A stretch of DNA of 55,972 bases, the filler included, from Catajapyx aquilonaris (lineage: Eukaryota): the NCBI GenBank assembly GCA_000934665.2. It is 4 parts of 4 records of this genome, joined end to end, with 100 filler letters (N's around TTAATTAATTAA, not from the genome) between each part and the next. Parts side by side here need not be neighbours in the genome. Positions count along the whole stretch, not along the records: positions 14,016 to 27,931 come from JYFJ02007945.1; positions 28,032 to 41,959 come from JYFJ02007946.1; positions 42,060 to 55,972 come from JYFJ02007947.1; 1 more part is not named here. One strand, written 5' to 3'. The notes under the pieces were generated by a model. It did not search any database and was not told the origin of the DNA. It saw only the letters and a list, made by a program, of their open reading frames with translations. Each line of letters begins with the position of its first letter. The stretch's first letter is position 1. Below, one piece after another: positions 25,619 through 45,000 of this stretch. Made by a program: the position numbers and the translations under genes.

Positions 25619-26942
25619 ATGGACACATATTTCTTATTAAAAATTATTATTATTTTTTGCTGCTGGTTCAACCTGCCCCAAGGTCTGTATTATACAGCTT
25701 ATGGTGATTCGACTTTGCTAATTCTCATAATTTATCAGATGTCCAATAACAATCTTTGCATCTTTTTCTCACTCATACAGCAAGCTTGTCAGCAAAAGGA
25801 TCGTCAAAGTCAAGAGTGTCAGAAGATGCAGCACCATCGCGAGGGTCATCTAAGGGAACGTGTCCACCTAATGACACTCGTATAGGTAGCCGATGTTTTT
25901 GGTTCAGCAAAGATGATCAGTCTGAAACCTGGATCCAAGCCTTGGAAGAGTGTCGTGCCAAGAGTGGTACACTAGCAACTGTTTATTCGCAACAGGAAGA
26001 AGATGACCTAGAATCAGAGGTCAAGAATAGTAAGTGTATTTTACACTTATTAATTTTATTTATTTTCTCTAAATGAATACTTTTGAACTTTTTATTCAAT
26101 TTCACATTATTTGCAAATGTTCTTTCCCTTTCAGAAGGTGACAATCACTGGTTGGGTGGTGTAAGACTGAGCGGGACAGACAGATGGGAATGGGAGGCCT
26201 CGGGATTGTCTCCGAATTTCACTGCCTGGGACAAAGACCCTTCTGGCGACGTCTCGTCAGACCAATGCATGCTGATGTCGAAGAAGAAGTGGAAGGCAGT
26301 ACCGTGCGACGAGAAGCACCCTTTCGTCTGCCAGATTCTGGACATGAGAGAAGCTGAGATCCAGGGGAAGCACGTGGCTCCTTACCAGGAGAAGAAGCCG
26401 TCGCGAGATGGTCCCCAACCAGGTACTGTGTACGGGTCCGTCGGACCTCTGGACCGGAAAGGAAGTTCAGGGGGACCGGACAGCCAGATGCCCTCCGTGG
26501 GACCTTTTGGCGGACAGTCGGATGGTCGAAGAAAAGGTTTCGTTGCCCCTCCGTACTACCCTTCCTCTGATCATCCGATGTAAGTTTACTGCTTCACAAG
26601 AGTCACATGTACTCTGGTTTTTATAAGGTGCAAATGACGCCACTCATTATCGTGCGACTCAGGCATAAGGGGAAGAATCATGAGATATAATATATGTTTG
26701 ATACACTTTAAAAAACTCATAATTTTTAGAGTAATAATGATAATAATTAATGTCATTATTTATTTTCATGGAAGCATACATCCAGGCTTGTTGTAAGAGC
26801 ACTGACGTCATTTGGAACTTTAAAAATCGTAGTATACAGTAGATATGTAATGTGTGTAAAATCTGAAAATTTTAATATTATTTCAAATATTCTGGGGGTT
26901 TACAGGTATCATTGGCCCTACCCAATGATTATTATGGGGTAA
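25619..26942 (+). CDS. Secreted C-type lectin-domain protein with a G/P/S-rich C-terminal tail
   Basis: Exons 25619-25682 (signal peptide), 25781-26029, 26135-26579 (or read-through to stop at 26583), probable last exon 26906-26942. CTLD motifs CP...RCFWFS, TWxxAxxxC, LATV, WLGG, WEW, CxxM, WKAVPC, FVCQ. Confidence 0.9.
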
Positions 26943-27212
26943 ATAGGCTCACCCGTAGTCTACATGTAAAAGTAGAATACAGTTATGCGTCTATAATCGG
27001 CAGTATAATGGCAATGGTAGAGATGACCAGCTACCACACCCTGCACTGAGATTATACTCTTGGAAAATAAATATATTTTTCATTTCATCTGTTTAAACTT
27101 GCACATGACGGTTCCTGTCCTCACAAAAAAAACAGTAGACTGTAAAGAAAGTGCGTAGTCCTACTATACTGTGTAACATGTAACTGCAAACATGCAGCAG
27201 TTTTATTAATTA

Positions 27213-27762
27213 CTAGCAGCGGTACCCGTTCTTCGCACGGGAAAAAAAGAGCGTGGATAATTATACCGAAATCTTCTTAGATCTCAAGCAATATTAAATG
27301 CAAAACTGCTCATTCCCTTGCATATGTAGGCATTGGAAGGGTGTAAAAATTCTGGTGTGTTTGCGTAATAAAGAGCCACGCAACTATGGCCATGCTGTGG
27401 TGATCAGAACACAAAAAGGTGGGGCAGATGGAGAGAGAAACAAAGAGGAAAAAGAAGAGAGGAAAGACTGGTATCTCTCTTAGTCTGTCTCCTATCCCAA
27501 AGACCTGTCCAACTTGGGCGGCCCTACCAGTAGAAGAAACTACCGCCGGCATAGCTCTTCAGGATCATGGGAAAACGAAAGCCCACCACCACGGCAAGGT
27601 GGAGATACATTGGGAGGAGGGGACATAAAAAAAATTGGATAAAAAAATTGGGGGAAGTGCAAAATTTGAAACCATTTACAGGCCTATTTCTATGGTAATT
27701 ACCAACAAAATTTTGTTGCCACAGGCAAACAAATGTTTTTTTTTTTGCCTTACATGCGTAGA
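27213..27762 (-). mobile_element. Non-autonomous Helitron (longer copy) carrying an RTE 5' fragment
   Basis: 5' A|TCTACGCATGTAAGGC, 3' CCGTGCGAAGAACGGGTACCGCTGCTAG|T. Same family as 8024-9063. Confidence 0.8.
27483..27622 (-). mobile_element. RTE-clade LINE 5' UTR fragment
   Basis: Minus strand CCACCTTGCCGTGGTGGTGGGCTT...GAGCTATGCCGGCGG...CTGGTAGGGCC...GGACAGGTC resembles the conserved BovB/Expander 5' motif. Second copy at 47013-47128. Confidence 0.7.
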
Positions 27763-27931
27763 TTATCAAAATATGTTATTAATTTATTTATTTATAGCAT
27801 TAACCCGTGTGTAGTGTCTGGTACATATGTTGAACTTGGTATCAGTCAACGTACACAGAAGTGATCGAAAGAGGAGGGAAAATTGGACAGTGTTATGCAA
27901 CAATGGGTCAACCCACAAAAATGCCAAAATT

Positions 27932-28031
27932 NNNNNNNNNNNNNNNNNNNNNNNNNNNNNNNNNNNNNNNNNNNNTTAATTAATTAANNNNNNNNNNNNN
28001 NNNNNNNNNNNNNNNNNNNNNNNNNNNNNNN
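27932..28031. other. Artificial contig spacer
   Basis: N44-TTAATTAATTAA-N44. Confidence 0.97.
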
Positions 28032-28099
28032 TGTGTAGAAGTGTTGGTCTGCACAGTGGCCGTTGTTGCAGGCCAACCCAAACAACAACAACAAAAAAC

Positions 28100-28175
28100 A
28101 CCTTGGCCGGAGGGCCCCCTAGCCTTTGCGGCCCTAGGCTTCAGCCTACCTAGCCTAATGGTAAATCCGGCCCTG
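28100..28175. mobile_element. End of a hAT-type MITE
   Basis: ...GGCCCTAGGC...GGTAAATCCGGCCCTG terminus. A related start, CAGCGCCGGATTTA, is at 55918. Confidence 0.55.
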
Positions 28176-28601
28176 ATGCTACTACTAAGTTAGCAGTATC
28201 TTAGCTCTTGTTGGCAGTATTAGTTTTCCATGAGCCACTCCATATCAGTGTTTTATGTAATTAGGAACTTCAATATTAAGCACATTGAATTTCTATGCGA
28301 TTAGTGAGAATTATTGCCATGAAACATTCATGCAGAATCGGCGCACCCCTTTTAGATGCTGATTTTAACTATAACGTTTAATTTTTCACATATAAACGTT
28401 AATTGGTGAATTTTAGAGGGTCTTTTTCGATTGGACCAAATCTGTTAGGATGGGTTTAGTTTTTTCCCCATTTTTTTCTTTTCATAATAAAATCCTACCT
28501 ACTGCTCTGAGTAGTTTGCAGCAGTCGTTTTATGAGCCGTTCCATACCGGACTTGAGAATTGCTTGAGTAAGACCTATGGTACAGCTTAAATCAATTGGT
28601 G

Positions 28602-28693
28602 AAGGTCTTACGTGCGCCTGCCTTGTTTCAGTACTTTTATTCCGCCGCGGAGGTCTTACTTCTCTTTTTTTTACTGAAGGGAAAGTTTTTGAT
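28602..28693 (+). repeat. Interspersed repeat shared with window positions 1-92
   Basis: AAGGTCTTACGTGCGCCTGCCTTGTTTCAGTAC...GAAAGTTTTTGAT is nearly identical on contigs 1 and 3. Confidence 0.9.
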
Positions 28694-29229
28694 ATAATTT
28701 CAGTTCTTTTTTGACAGTACACGTAACTTTAAACTTATTCTCTACAGTGTCTACACTATACAGTCTGCACTATGAATGCATTGGAGACGATTTTCGTCGC
28801 TTAGAAGTCCCTAAAATTATTTTCACAGAGACAGTCGTAAAAAAACGAAAGTTGAGTGCTACCAGCCAACGGTTAGTCTGATTTAATTATTATGAAATAG
28901 CCTGTACGCTAAAATATACGGAATATATACATTGAGAACTGTACCAGACGATACAAAAAACGCAAAGGTACATTAAAGTTGGGTGAAAACCCAACGGCGA
29001 CAGTACGACTCGGCGTCGCTCATCTTGTCCTCCTTTGACCCACAACAATATATGAGGTGGTAAACAACAACTGACGTTTCTAGGTGATGGTGTTATGAAC
29101 AAATGAAGTAATGACAGAAAAAATACGAGGTAAAAAAATCACAGCTCCAATCCTGCAGCAGGTGGAACTGTGATATTTTGAACATAGATCCGCACCATCC
29201 TACTGCATCTTCGGCCCGTTGAAGAAGGA

Positions 29230-29556
29230 ACCGAATTCAGAATAGTTATTGAGCAAAAAAATTGAGACGTATTTTTTGGTGGTTGTAAATTTTTTGCGGC
29301 GTTTTGAAGAGGAATTAAGTAAAAGTGTAAATGGTAGGACATCAAGTCACGACGGTGGGGATCTGTGTTCAAAATTTGGAAGCTCTACCTACAGCAGAAC
29401 TTGAGTTAGGGCGAATAAAAAAAACGTAACAAGAAGAAGAAGAAGAAGAAGAAGAAGAAGAAGAAGAAGAAGAAGAACAAGTAGGAAAAATTCATTGTTG
29501 AAACATTGTTGAAATCTATGCTACGGTCTTACTTAAGGGCTATCGCCCTTAAAATA
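29230..29556 (+). mobile_element. Helentron/HINE-like fragment with (GAA)n microsatellite and 3' stem-loop
   Basis: (GAA)n at 29432-29477, then hairpin TTAAGGGC-TATC-GCCCTTAA and an A/T run. Confidence 0.4.
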
Positions 29557-29563
29557 AGTTCAC

Positions 29564-29840
29564 CCTTCACCGAAGCAGTTTGGAAGAGGGGATATGGTGT
29601 CCGACTGCTTATCGGGAGGTCCTGGGATCAAATCCCGGGGCCGGCAACTCTGACCGTGGTTTTCTGTGGTTTTCCATGGTCCTTCCAGGAAAATTCCGGA
29701 GTTGCTTCCGTAATTAATAGGCCTCAGCCGCTTCCTTCCATCCCTATCCTATCCCAAAGAGCACAGTAAAATGAAAGCAAAGAGTTCCAGGCAAAACAAA
29801 CTTCCCCCCTAAAGAGCCATTGGCTGATAACGGGGTATGA

Positions 29841-29918
<78 letters not shown>

Positions 29919-29920
29919 CT
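29564..29920 (+). mobile_element. tRNA-derived SINE, head type B
   Basis: tRNA-like head, GGTTTTCTGTGGTTTTCC core, long (TTA)n tail, TSD ATAAGTTCAC. Confidence 0.9.
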
Positions 29921-30046
29921 ATAAGTTCACAATAATGCTACTCCAAAAAAAGCTATGTAAAGGTAATACATTTTAAAATGTTCTGCTGATGTGTGGGCAC
30001 GCTGTAAGTTGAGCAAGGCAGGAGCCTAAAATAATGACTATTAATA

Positions 30047-30547
30047 CAAGGGTGAATCAGAAAGTAATTCACAACTTTTTAAATTCCGGAGCCTTGTTAC
30101 AGAAACTCAAACTGACCTATACATAATTATGAAAGGGCAAGTTTTTCTCTAATTTTAGACACGGTCACCATACATTTTGGTGCACTTGTCCCAACGGGAC
30201 ACTATTTTTTCCATGCCACTGCAGAAAAAAGTGTCTGGTTGGCTGGGAAGCCGGCCTTCCTCAATGTTGGTCTACTATTTCTTCGTACCAAAAAAGAAGC
30301 ATTGGTCTGTCAAGAGGACCTCAACGACAACAATAAAGTGAAAGAGGCTGTCCGCCACTGGCTTCCCCGCCAGCCTGACGCTTTTTTCTGTAGTGTCCTG
30401 GACGAACTAGTGTCTTGGTAGAACAAGTGCACCAAAGTGTATGGTGACTATGTCTAAAATCAAAGAAAGACTTGCCCTTTCACATGTGTATATCAGTTTG
30501 AGTTTCTGTAACGAAAAAGTTGTGAATTACTTTCTGATTCACCCTCA
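30047..30547 (+). mobile_element. mariner (DD34D-type) deletion derivative
   Basis: TIR AGGGTGAATCAGAAAGTAATTCACAACTTTT, TA flanks, remnant KEAL...VKEAVRHWL..QP..FF.....LV.W*.KC....GDYV. Confidence 0.88.
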
Positions 30548-30806
30548 TATAATTCAAAGCATCATAAAGCAAAGTGTGTCTTGAACTGCAATTTCATCTT
30601 CAAATATAGCACGGAACAAGAGGAGTGCACATCTTTAGTAGAAGTACACTGTGCAGCTGCAGCAGTGGGATTGACTGCTGCAGCAGAAGCACCTAGCTAA
30701 AGTAAGAATTCTTATTATAGCATGAATGAGATATCTAAGTGCAACATGTGTAAGGATTAAATAACAAAGAATGACTGATTATTGTAGTGTGGACTGTGGA
30801 GACATA

Positions 30807-30809
<3 letters not shown>

Positions 30810-30881
<72 letters not shown>

Positions 30882-31376
30882 ACCATAGTGTAATATTTAA
30901 ATGAAATATTCCGTGTCTGTCGTCTGAGATGGGCAGGGGTGGGGGGTGGGACGGGTTGTTTATAGGTTTATTTTCACAAGTTTTAATTATTTAGTTCATA
31001 TGTTGGGTTAGCTTGCGCCTCCCTTCATCGCTGAATACTCCTTATCGGGAAATGTCGTGATGGTGATGATGATGATGATTATCTTTTATTAATTTAATTA
31101 ATTAATTAATTAATATTACCCCATTGCATTGGGAGAATCGGCGCTCCATTAGGGGGGGTGGAATACCACCATTTTACCACTCAATTTTTCTGAAATTTCC
31201 TTCACACATGGATGGGGCTAAGGATAGGGAAGGAAGGAAGCGACCCTGGAATTATCCTGGGGGGACCATGGAAAACCACAGAAAACCACGGTCAGGATCG
31301 CTGGCCCCGGGAATCGAACCCAGGACCTCCTGATTAGCAGTTGGACTCCTTAACCACTACACCAACCTGCTTCGGT
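30810..31376 (-). mobile_element. SINE type B insertion with ~250 bp of extra 3' sequence and a second tail
   Basis: 17-bp TSD ACTGTGGAGACATAATT (30793-30809, 31377-31393), B box GGTTCGATTCCC. Confidence 0.88.
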
Positions 31377-31587
31377 ACTGTGGAGACATAATTATAACCA
31401 ATGACAATGTACGATAGATGGAGGACTAGTTTTACACAGGCGCTGGACTTGTTCAACAAGTTGAATTCGAGAAATATCTGACATTCACCAGCATACTTGT
31501 TGAAGACTTGGTTGCAGATAATGGAATACACGATTCTGAGTTGACTGGTTCAATTTAATTTCATTGAACTTCTCATGCCCAAGAGTA

Positions 31588-31759
31588 CAGTGTTGGACAT
31601 TAATCGAGACATTCGAGGCACTGGTGGCTAGCGACATTTTCCGAATCGGCAGAAGAAGGAACCGAAGATAAGCATTCTGCAAGCCGGCAAGCAAGATTCC
31701 TTCTTCTGCCGCTTCCGAAAATGTCGCTAGCAATATGCTTCAATATATGTCCAACACTG
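31588..31759. mobile_element. Tc1/mariner-type MITE
   Basis: TA|CAGTGTTGGACAT...ATGTCCAACACTG|TA with inverted internal arms. Confidence 0.85.
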
Positions 31760-31907
31760 TACCGGTATACAAGGGTCACACTCAGGATAGGATTCCACTG
31801 CACTTGCAACAAATGCACGAAATTTTGAGAGGCAACTGAAACAGAATACTTCTCTTCTGATGGTTATGTGGTTTGAAAATAAATGGCAGTTTTCCAAGAC
31901 TACTCAC

Positions 31908-39365
<7,458 letters not shown>

Positions 39366-39419
39366 CTAGACATCAAAATGAATTACAAAATGATAGTCAT
39401 CCAAACCTCACATGAAAAA

Positions 39420-39643
39420 GGGAAAGGGATTGTTGGGGAGCGGACACTTTTTGCAGGTGCATTGTACAGTCTTTGGGCCATGTGCAGTCCCCCCAGGAGG
39501 TTAGGTTGCCAGACACCTCCTTTGGTGCAGGTCAGAGACCCCTCCCGACGCAGGTGAAAGGAAGTTCCCCAGGCGGGGATCGAACCTGGGGCCTTTCACT
39601 CAGCAAGCCGAGACGTTACCATCTCGGCCACCACACGTCCCCC
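39420..39643 (-). mobile_element. tRNA-derived SINE, head type D
   Basis: Minus strand GGTGGCCGAGATGG (A box) ... GGTTCGATCCCC (B box), then a non-tRNA body. Confidence 0.7.
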
Positions 39644-40450
39644 AATNGGGGGTTCTTGCTGTAGTTGGCAAATATAAGGCATGGTTAATAATTCTGCAAT
39701 ATTTTTGAAATCATTAAAGATTTTGTCCAATACTTCCAGTACAATCATGCATGTAGGCCTAGTAGTGTTTTAATCTGATTACCTTTAGCCTCAAAGGAGA
39801 ATGTTTTCCAAAGAGTATAGCTTCTTTTTTAAAAGCAGGTTGCATTGTACTATGATGGTGCAGCATGATTCTCCAGTTCAGAAAGCTGGCTACAATATTA
39901 TTCATTTTAAATCTTGATTTTATTTACGTCGAGACTTCATTGTGACCAAAATGTTCCATGCTTCGTTTTCCAATTTGCAGTTACCCTGAGTTGCCTAAAA
40001 CCACATTATATGCATTCAGATGCATTCAGATGGCATGGTAAAGCAGGATGAGCTCCACACTCCCATCAACAAAAAATTACCCAATAACAAGCCACTGCAC
40101 TGGTCTGTAAGAACCAGATCAGTTCATATAGTCATAGTCATAGTCATTTATTTACCTCCCTGTCTCATTATCACAGGGAGGGAGATCAATTATTCACACC
40201 TCATTGGTTAGTGGCCAATTTGGAGAAAGACTTTTTCGCTGCCATATCCTCCTGTAAGGATATAGTTGCCATTGATGTAAAGATGAATAGGAATGTTATA
40301 CCTAGATTATTTGTCTAGAATGTTACATCCAGAAAATTTCAAGGTCAGTGAAAGCTAACCCTTATCAGGCCAGCAACAATGTGTTATTCACTATCAACTC
40401 AGCCAATAAAGCATTGTAAAGACAAATAAATATCATTCCCATGATAATTA

Positions 40451-41200
40451 CACCGGGAACACATTTTGTGCCTTGAAAGTTAGACCAGTTTTCTGTGGCG
40501 CTCAGTCCAAAACTGGCATCTGTTTTGCCCCGTCAACTCTAGTTTTCGAGATATGGCATGACCATCTTATTATGCTCCCTGTACACGTTTTCCGTCAAAA
40601 TTAGGAATCCTTAACTGCAAGGTCTGATATTTTTGATATGATTTTGGAACAAATTGATGGTAGCATACTATTAAAATAATCACATATCAATAAATCAGTT
40701 ATTTAAACCCAAGAGCATATAAAATGATCACAAATTATTCAATATGAGAGAAGCTCCTTTTGTAGTCTTTCTTGAATGACATCTACCAGGACAGTCCCAC
40801 TGAAGGCTCCAGCAGTAATCTGCCATCATGTGGGCATCCCACCCCTTCCCTGGTATCCCTCTTCCATGGTTTTTGTCCTGGTGAAATCTTTCCCCATGCC
40901 CTTCACTTAAATGTCCAAGGTTTTGTGGAAAGCGATCTAAGTGGCTACAAAGTAGCTGACCTGGCAACACTGCTATTGCACTATACTGTATAATGCAATG
41001 CTCCTGCCCTTCTCCTTGCCTAGCAGTCACACTAACTGGACAGACCTTTCTCAATCTCAATCCAGAGAATAATTGTATCATTAAGTGCAGTACCTCACTC
41101 CACGTGACATAACAAATATGGACCTTTTTTCCGTTTTAAGTATATAGATAGTAAAAAAATTGGCTGCTTGGCGAAATGGCGAGTAAGGTTTGAATTTCTC
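40451..41200 (-). mobile_element. Chapaev3-like (CMC) transposon remnant
   Basis: SHLDRFPQNLGHLSEGHGERFHQD...WDAHMMADYCWSL transposase C-terminal motif, terminus ...TGTTCCCGGTG|TAA. A second inverted subterminal fragment is at 41463-41519. Confidence 0.75.
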
Positions 41201-41519
41201 ACTTCGCTCTGTAATTTCACCACCCACCCTCTGTTTAACTGAATGCGTTTTTAAATACAGCAAACCCACTCAGACAAGGAGTAAGCCACTTAGGAAGTCT
41301 CTCATACTTGCTCATACACATTGGAGGAAGTATTATTATGGAAGTCTTATGGCAGTCAAGGAAGTCAGGAAGTCAGTCATTCACTAAAGTCACTAAAATG
41401 GGAGCCCTGGTATTCAGAGTTCTACTGGCTGCAGTAGGACTGTACCAACACTCGCCAGGCAGCGTATCTCCAAAACTAGAGCTGATACGGCAAACCCGAT
41501 GCCATATTTAGAATCAGCA

Positions 41520-41823
41520 ACCGAAGCAGTTTGGTGGAGTGGCTATAGGGTCCGACTGCTAATCGGGAGGTCCTGGGTTCAAGCCCCGGGGCTGGCAACT
41601 CTAACCATGGTTTTCTGTGGTTTCCCACGGTCCCTCCAGGATAATTCCGGAGATGTTTCCTAAATTAATAAGCCACAGCCGCCTCCTTCCCTCCCTACCC
41701 TATCCCAAAAAGCAAAGTGAAAATGTACGCAAGAGTTCCAGACAAAACACAAATCCCCCCTAAAGAGCCGAAAAAGGCTGATAACGGGGTAAGATAATAA
41801 TAATGATGATAATAATAATAATA
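41520..41823 (+). mobile_element. tRNA-derived SINE type B
   Basis: Homologous to 29564-29920, B box GGTTCAAGCCC, (TAA)n tail. Confidence 0.9.
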
Positions 41824-41959
41824 ACAACGATTCACCAAGTAGCCGCGATACTTGAGAGAGGCCAGAAGCACCCCAGCTCTAAACGGGAATACACGTGCTT
41901 GGAGTTGCTCCTGACGTTATCTGATTTGTCAGAATGGGGCCAACTGCTGATCCACCTCT

Positions 41960-42059
41960 NNNNNNNNNNNNNNNNNNNNNNNNNNNNNNNNNNNNNNNNN
42001 NNNTTAATTAATTAANNNNNNNNNNNNNNNNNNNNNNNNNNNNNNNNNNNNNNNNNNNN
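41960..42059. other. Artificial contig spacer
   Basis: N44-TTAATTAATTAA-N44. Confidence 0.97.
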
Positions 42060-42065
42060 GTGGCT

Positions 42066-42099
<34 letters not shown>

Positions 42100-45000
42100 A
42101 AAAAGTTCACTCCGGATTTACACTGAGGTCATACCGTGACCTGACCTGGACGAACAGTGAGTGTGGTTTCTCCATCCGGTTTTTCCGGGGGAATAGTTTC
42201 GAGAGGAGGGGGGGGCGGCCTCAAAGTTATCGAATGATGATGAAGGTAAATCCTGGGTGCACTTGGGCGGCTTGCGGTGTTGGGCGCTGGAGCGACATGA
42301 AGGAGTGGGTGGGGTGGGAGGAGTTGCCCCCCACCTTCCCCCAGTTCGGGGTAGTGGGAGTAGTGGAGAGAGAGTGGGGAGGGTTTAATTTGGCTAAGTG
42401 CACCCCGTGATTCACTCGCCAATAAAAAGACGAGTGTCACTGCGGACCATTACGGGCCATCAGTCTTGATTAGCAGGCGGGTACAGTGGAAAAGGGGGGG
42501 ATAGTCACGTGGTATGCCCACCCACCGACGCCAGACCACGCCCCTTTTCTAAGATGGCGGATGAGCGACGCCCGGATATTACTACCCCCCCTGAAGCGGG
42601 TCGAAACACTCCCAAGCTCCGCTGGATTTTGGCCCCCTTCTCTCCCCCAAAACTCGCTCATCCAAACTTGGGCACACACACACGAGTATTTACACTGGGA
42701 GAAGGCAGACACACACACACACATCGGCAGAGGCGCAGGTTGGGTTGGGAGGACGAGCAGGCGCAAAATGGTACCCGGGTTTTTGGAGGGGGGAGTTATA
42801 TAGAGAAGAGGTGAGGTGATGGGGGGAGGGGGGGGGAAGGAGGATTTTCTCCTGATTTTGGGTTGGAGGGGTAGGGCTCTAACTGCTGTCGACCATGGCC
42901 ATCACACTGCATGTTTATATCCGGAGCTTCACGTATGCTGTGTTGCGGTAGTAAAATCCGGGAGGGCAAGGTTCTAGATGCAGCCAGGCACAGGAATGCG
43001 GTCAAACATCGCATGTGAAATCATCCAGGTTTGGATTAAGGGCAGGTTGTACGAACGCGAAACTTAACTAGAGTTTAGCTCTTTTTAACAGATGGACTGT
43101 TGTTAACAGATGGACTGACTGCGTCAATCGTATGTTCGTGCAACCGACATGTTCTGGCATAAATACTGCACATTGCGTACAGGAACAACCCGGAGTTGAA
43201 TAATATTCTAATTTATTATCCTGTTTGGACTGCAACCATTGAGCCTCCTTTGTAGCTCGTGTGGCCTGGATTCCAGGGGCTGGAAGATTCGAGCCTGGAC
43301 GAGATAAGGGGGTGTCAGGTGTGGCTGAAAGTACTTTGCGGGCCTCGTTCTTCAAGGCGATACGATGGGTGCGAAGTGCATATTTTAGCTGGAATGTGTG
43401 CCGAAAGGTGGGGGCTGATGTATCGTCAGGGCGTTTTGCTAAAAATGTGGGATGGAGCTGGGAGCCAGGTTTTGCAAATCACGTTCTTTTCCGCTGTGCT
43501 TAGCTTGCGAAATAATTACGTCGTGGCGCTTGGATTGTTGTTTAAATATTATCATATTAAGGTTAATGACGTGAAAGAGTAGACTCATTGTTGCATTGTG
43601 TGAAAGTAATGCTGTCTGTCCATTTTTGAATCAAATATTGGTAATATGCACGTACTATTGCTTCCATATATTGCCAAACATATACTAATTAAACGAGGCG
43701 TTACGATTGCATATTAAACTAAACCGCTAAAATTATTATCCGCAACAAATTAGTGTCAGCCATGCAACCACACTAAATTCGCAAAACATTAAAACAACAT
43801 CATGACTGTATTTGGCTGTGCGTTACACATGGGCAATTAAAAGGTCATGAATAGAGAGGACACCTTTTATTGTTTTGGTTTTGGGTTGGAAGTAATCAAG
43901 TATTATTGGGCAATGGTGGTGGGGATAAGAGTTTCGTGAGGTACATCAGAAGTTCCGTGTACAGATGACATGTGCATGAGGGTAGACATATCGCGTGCAA
44001 CTTTCATTTCCCTACCTGCGATGCGCCTCGCTTTTTAATTAATGTCCTTGAAAGAAGACATTCGCCTACTCATCTTCACCGTGTAATATTTTAGCCGATG
44101 GAATTTTTCTTGTCTGTTTTTGTCGGGATATGAAGGGTGGGACGAACTTTTTTTGACTTTTATTTTTTATTTTTTGTACATCGGAGCATTCCCTGCGGCT
44201 GATGGCTTTCTGTCACGGATTACTAATCTGCTTATCGACTTCTATACCTCGCTTCTTCTCGAGGATATTTTTTTAGTTGCTGCTAGGGGATTATAAGTAG
44301 GAGGTAGGGTACTCTCGGGCAAAAAATGTATGACCTGTATAGGGTGGTGCACCATGGGAGTAACTGTTTAAATAATAAATTTTGGATTGTTTGTCCGGCA
44401 GTCAGTTTGACGTAAGGTGTTATTGAAAATATTTTCTTCTAATTAAGCAGAATATTAATTTCTGAGTTGTAGACATTGAAGCGACTCGTTTGCATGTTGA
44501 CCAGTCATGTGAAAAATTCATGCAATACACAAGACGGCCATACCCGAACCCCTCTTTGGTGGATGTTTTTTTTTTGCATCCGGAGATTGTTTGTTACGGC
44601 TTTTCTGGTCTCGTAATTAGTCAAACTTCAGATCGAGCGTTCCGTTGTCAACAGATAGAAAATCGAGGAAGCAAAGTCCTTTCCCGTGCGCTTGTGTTTT
44701 CCGTCCCCAAAAATCCTCCAGGGAGCTAATTAGCCAGTCCTGCACGTCCAATTATCGTTCGGGAGAAACTCGAGAGAATACATATATATTTTTTGTTGCT
44801 CCATGATCAGTCCCATCAGATAATAGTCTAATCCGTCTAAAAGTCACACGACGTCTCCGGAAAGATAATTTGCCTACGACCTTCCAAGTAATACGTATAG
44901 TCTGATGCTGGTGCAAGAAGTTAGAAGAAGAAGCAGAAAAAAGAAGAGTCGGAAGGAGATCTCCGGAGTCTAGATCAATCCGGGGAAGCAATTTTAGGCA

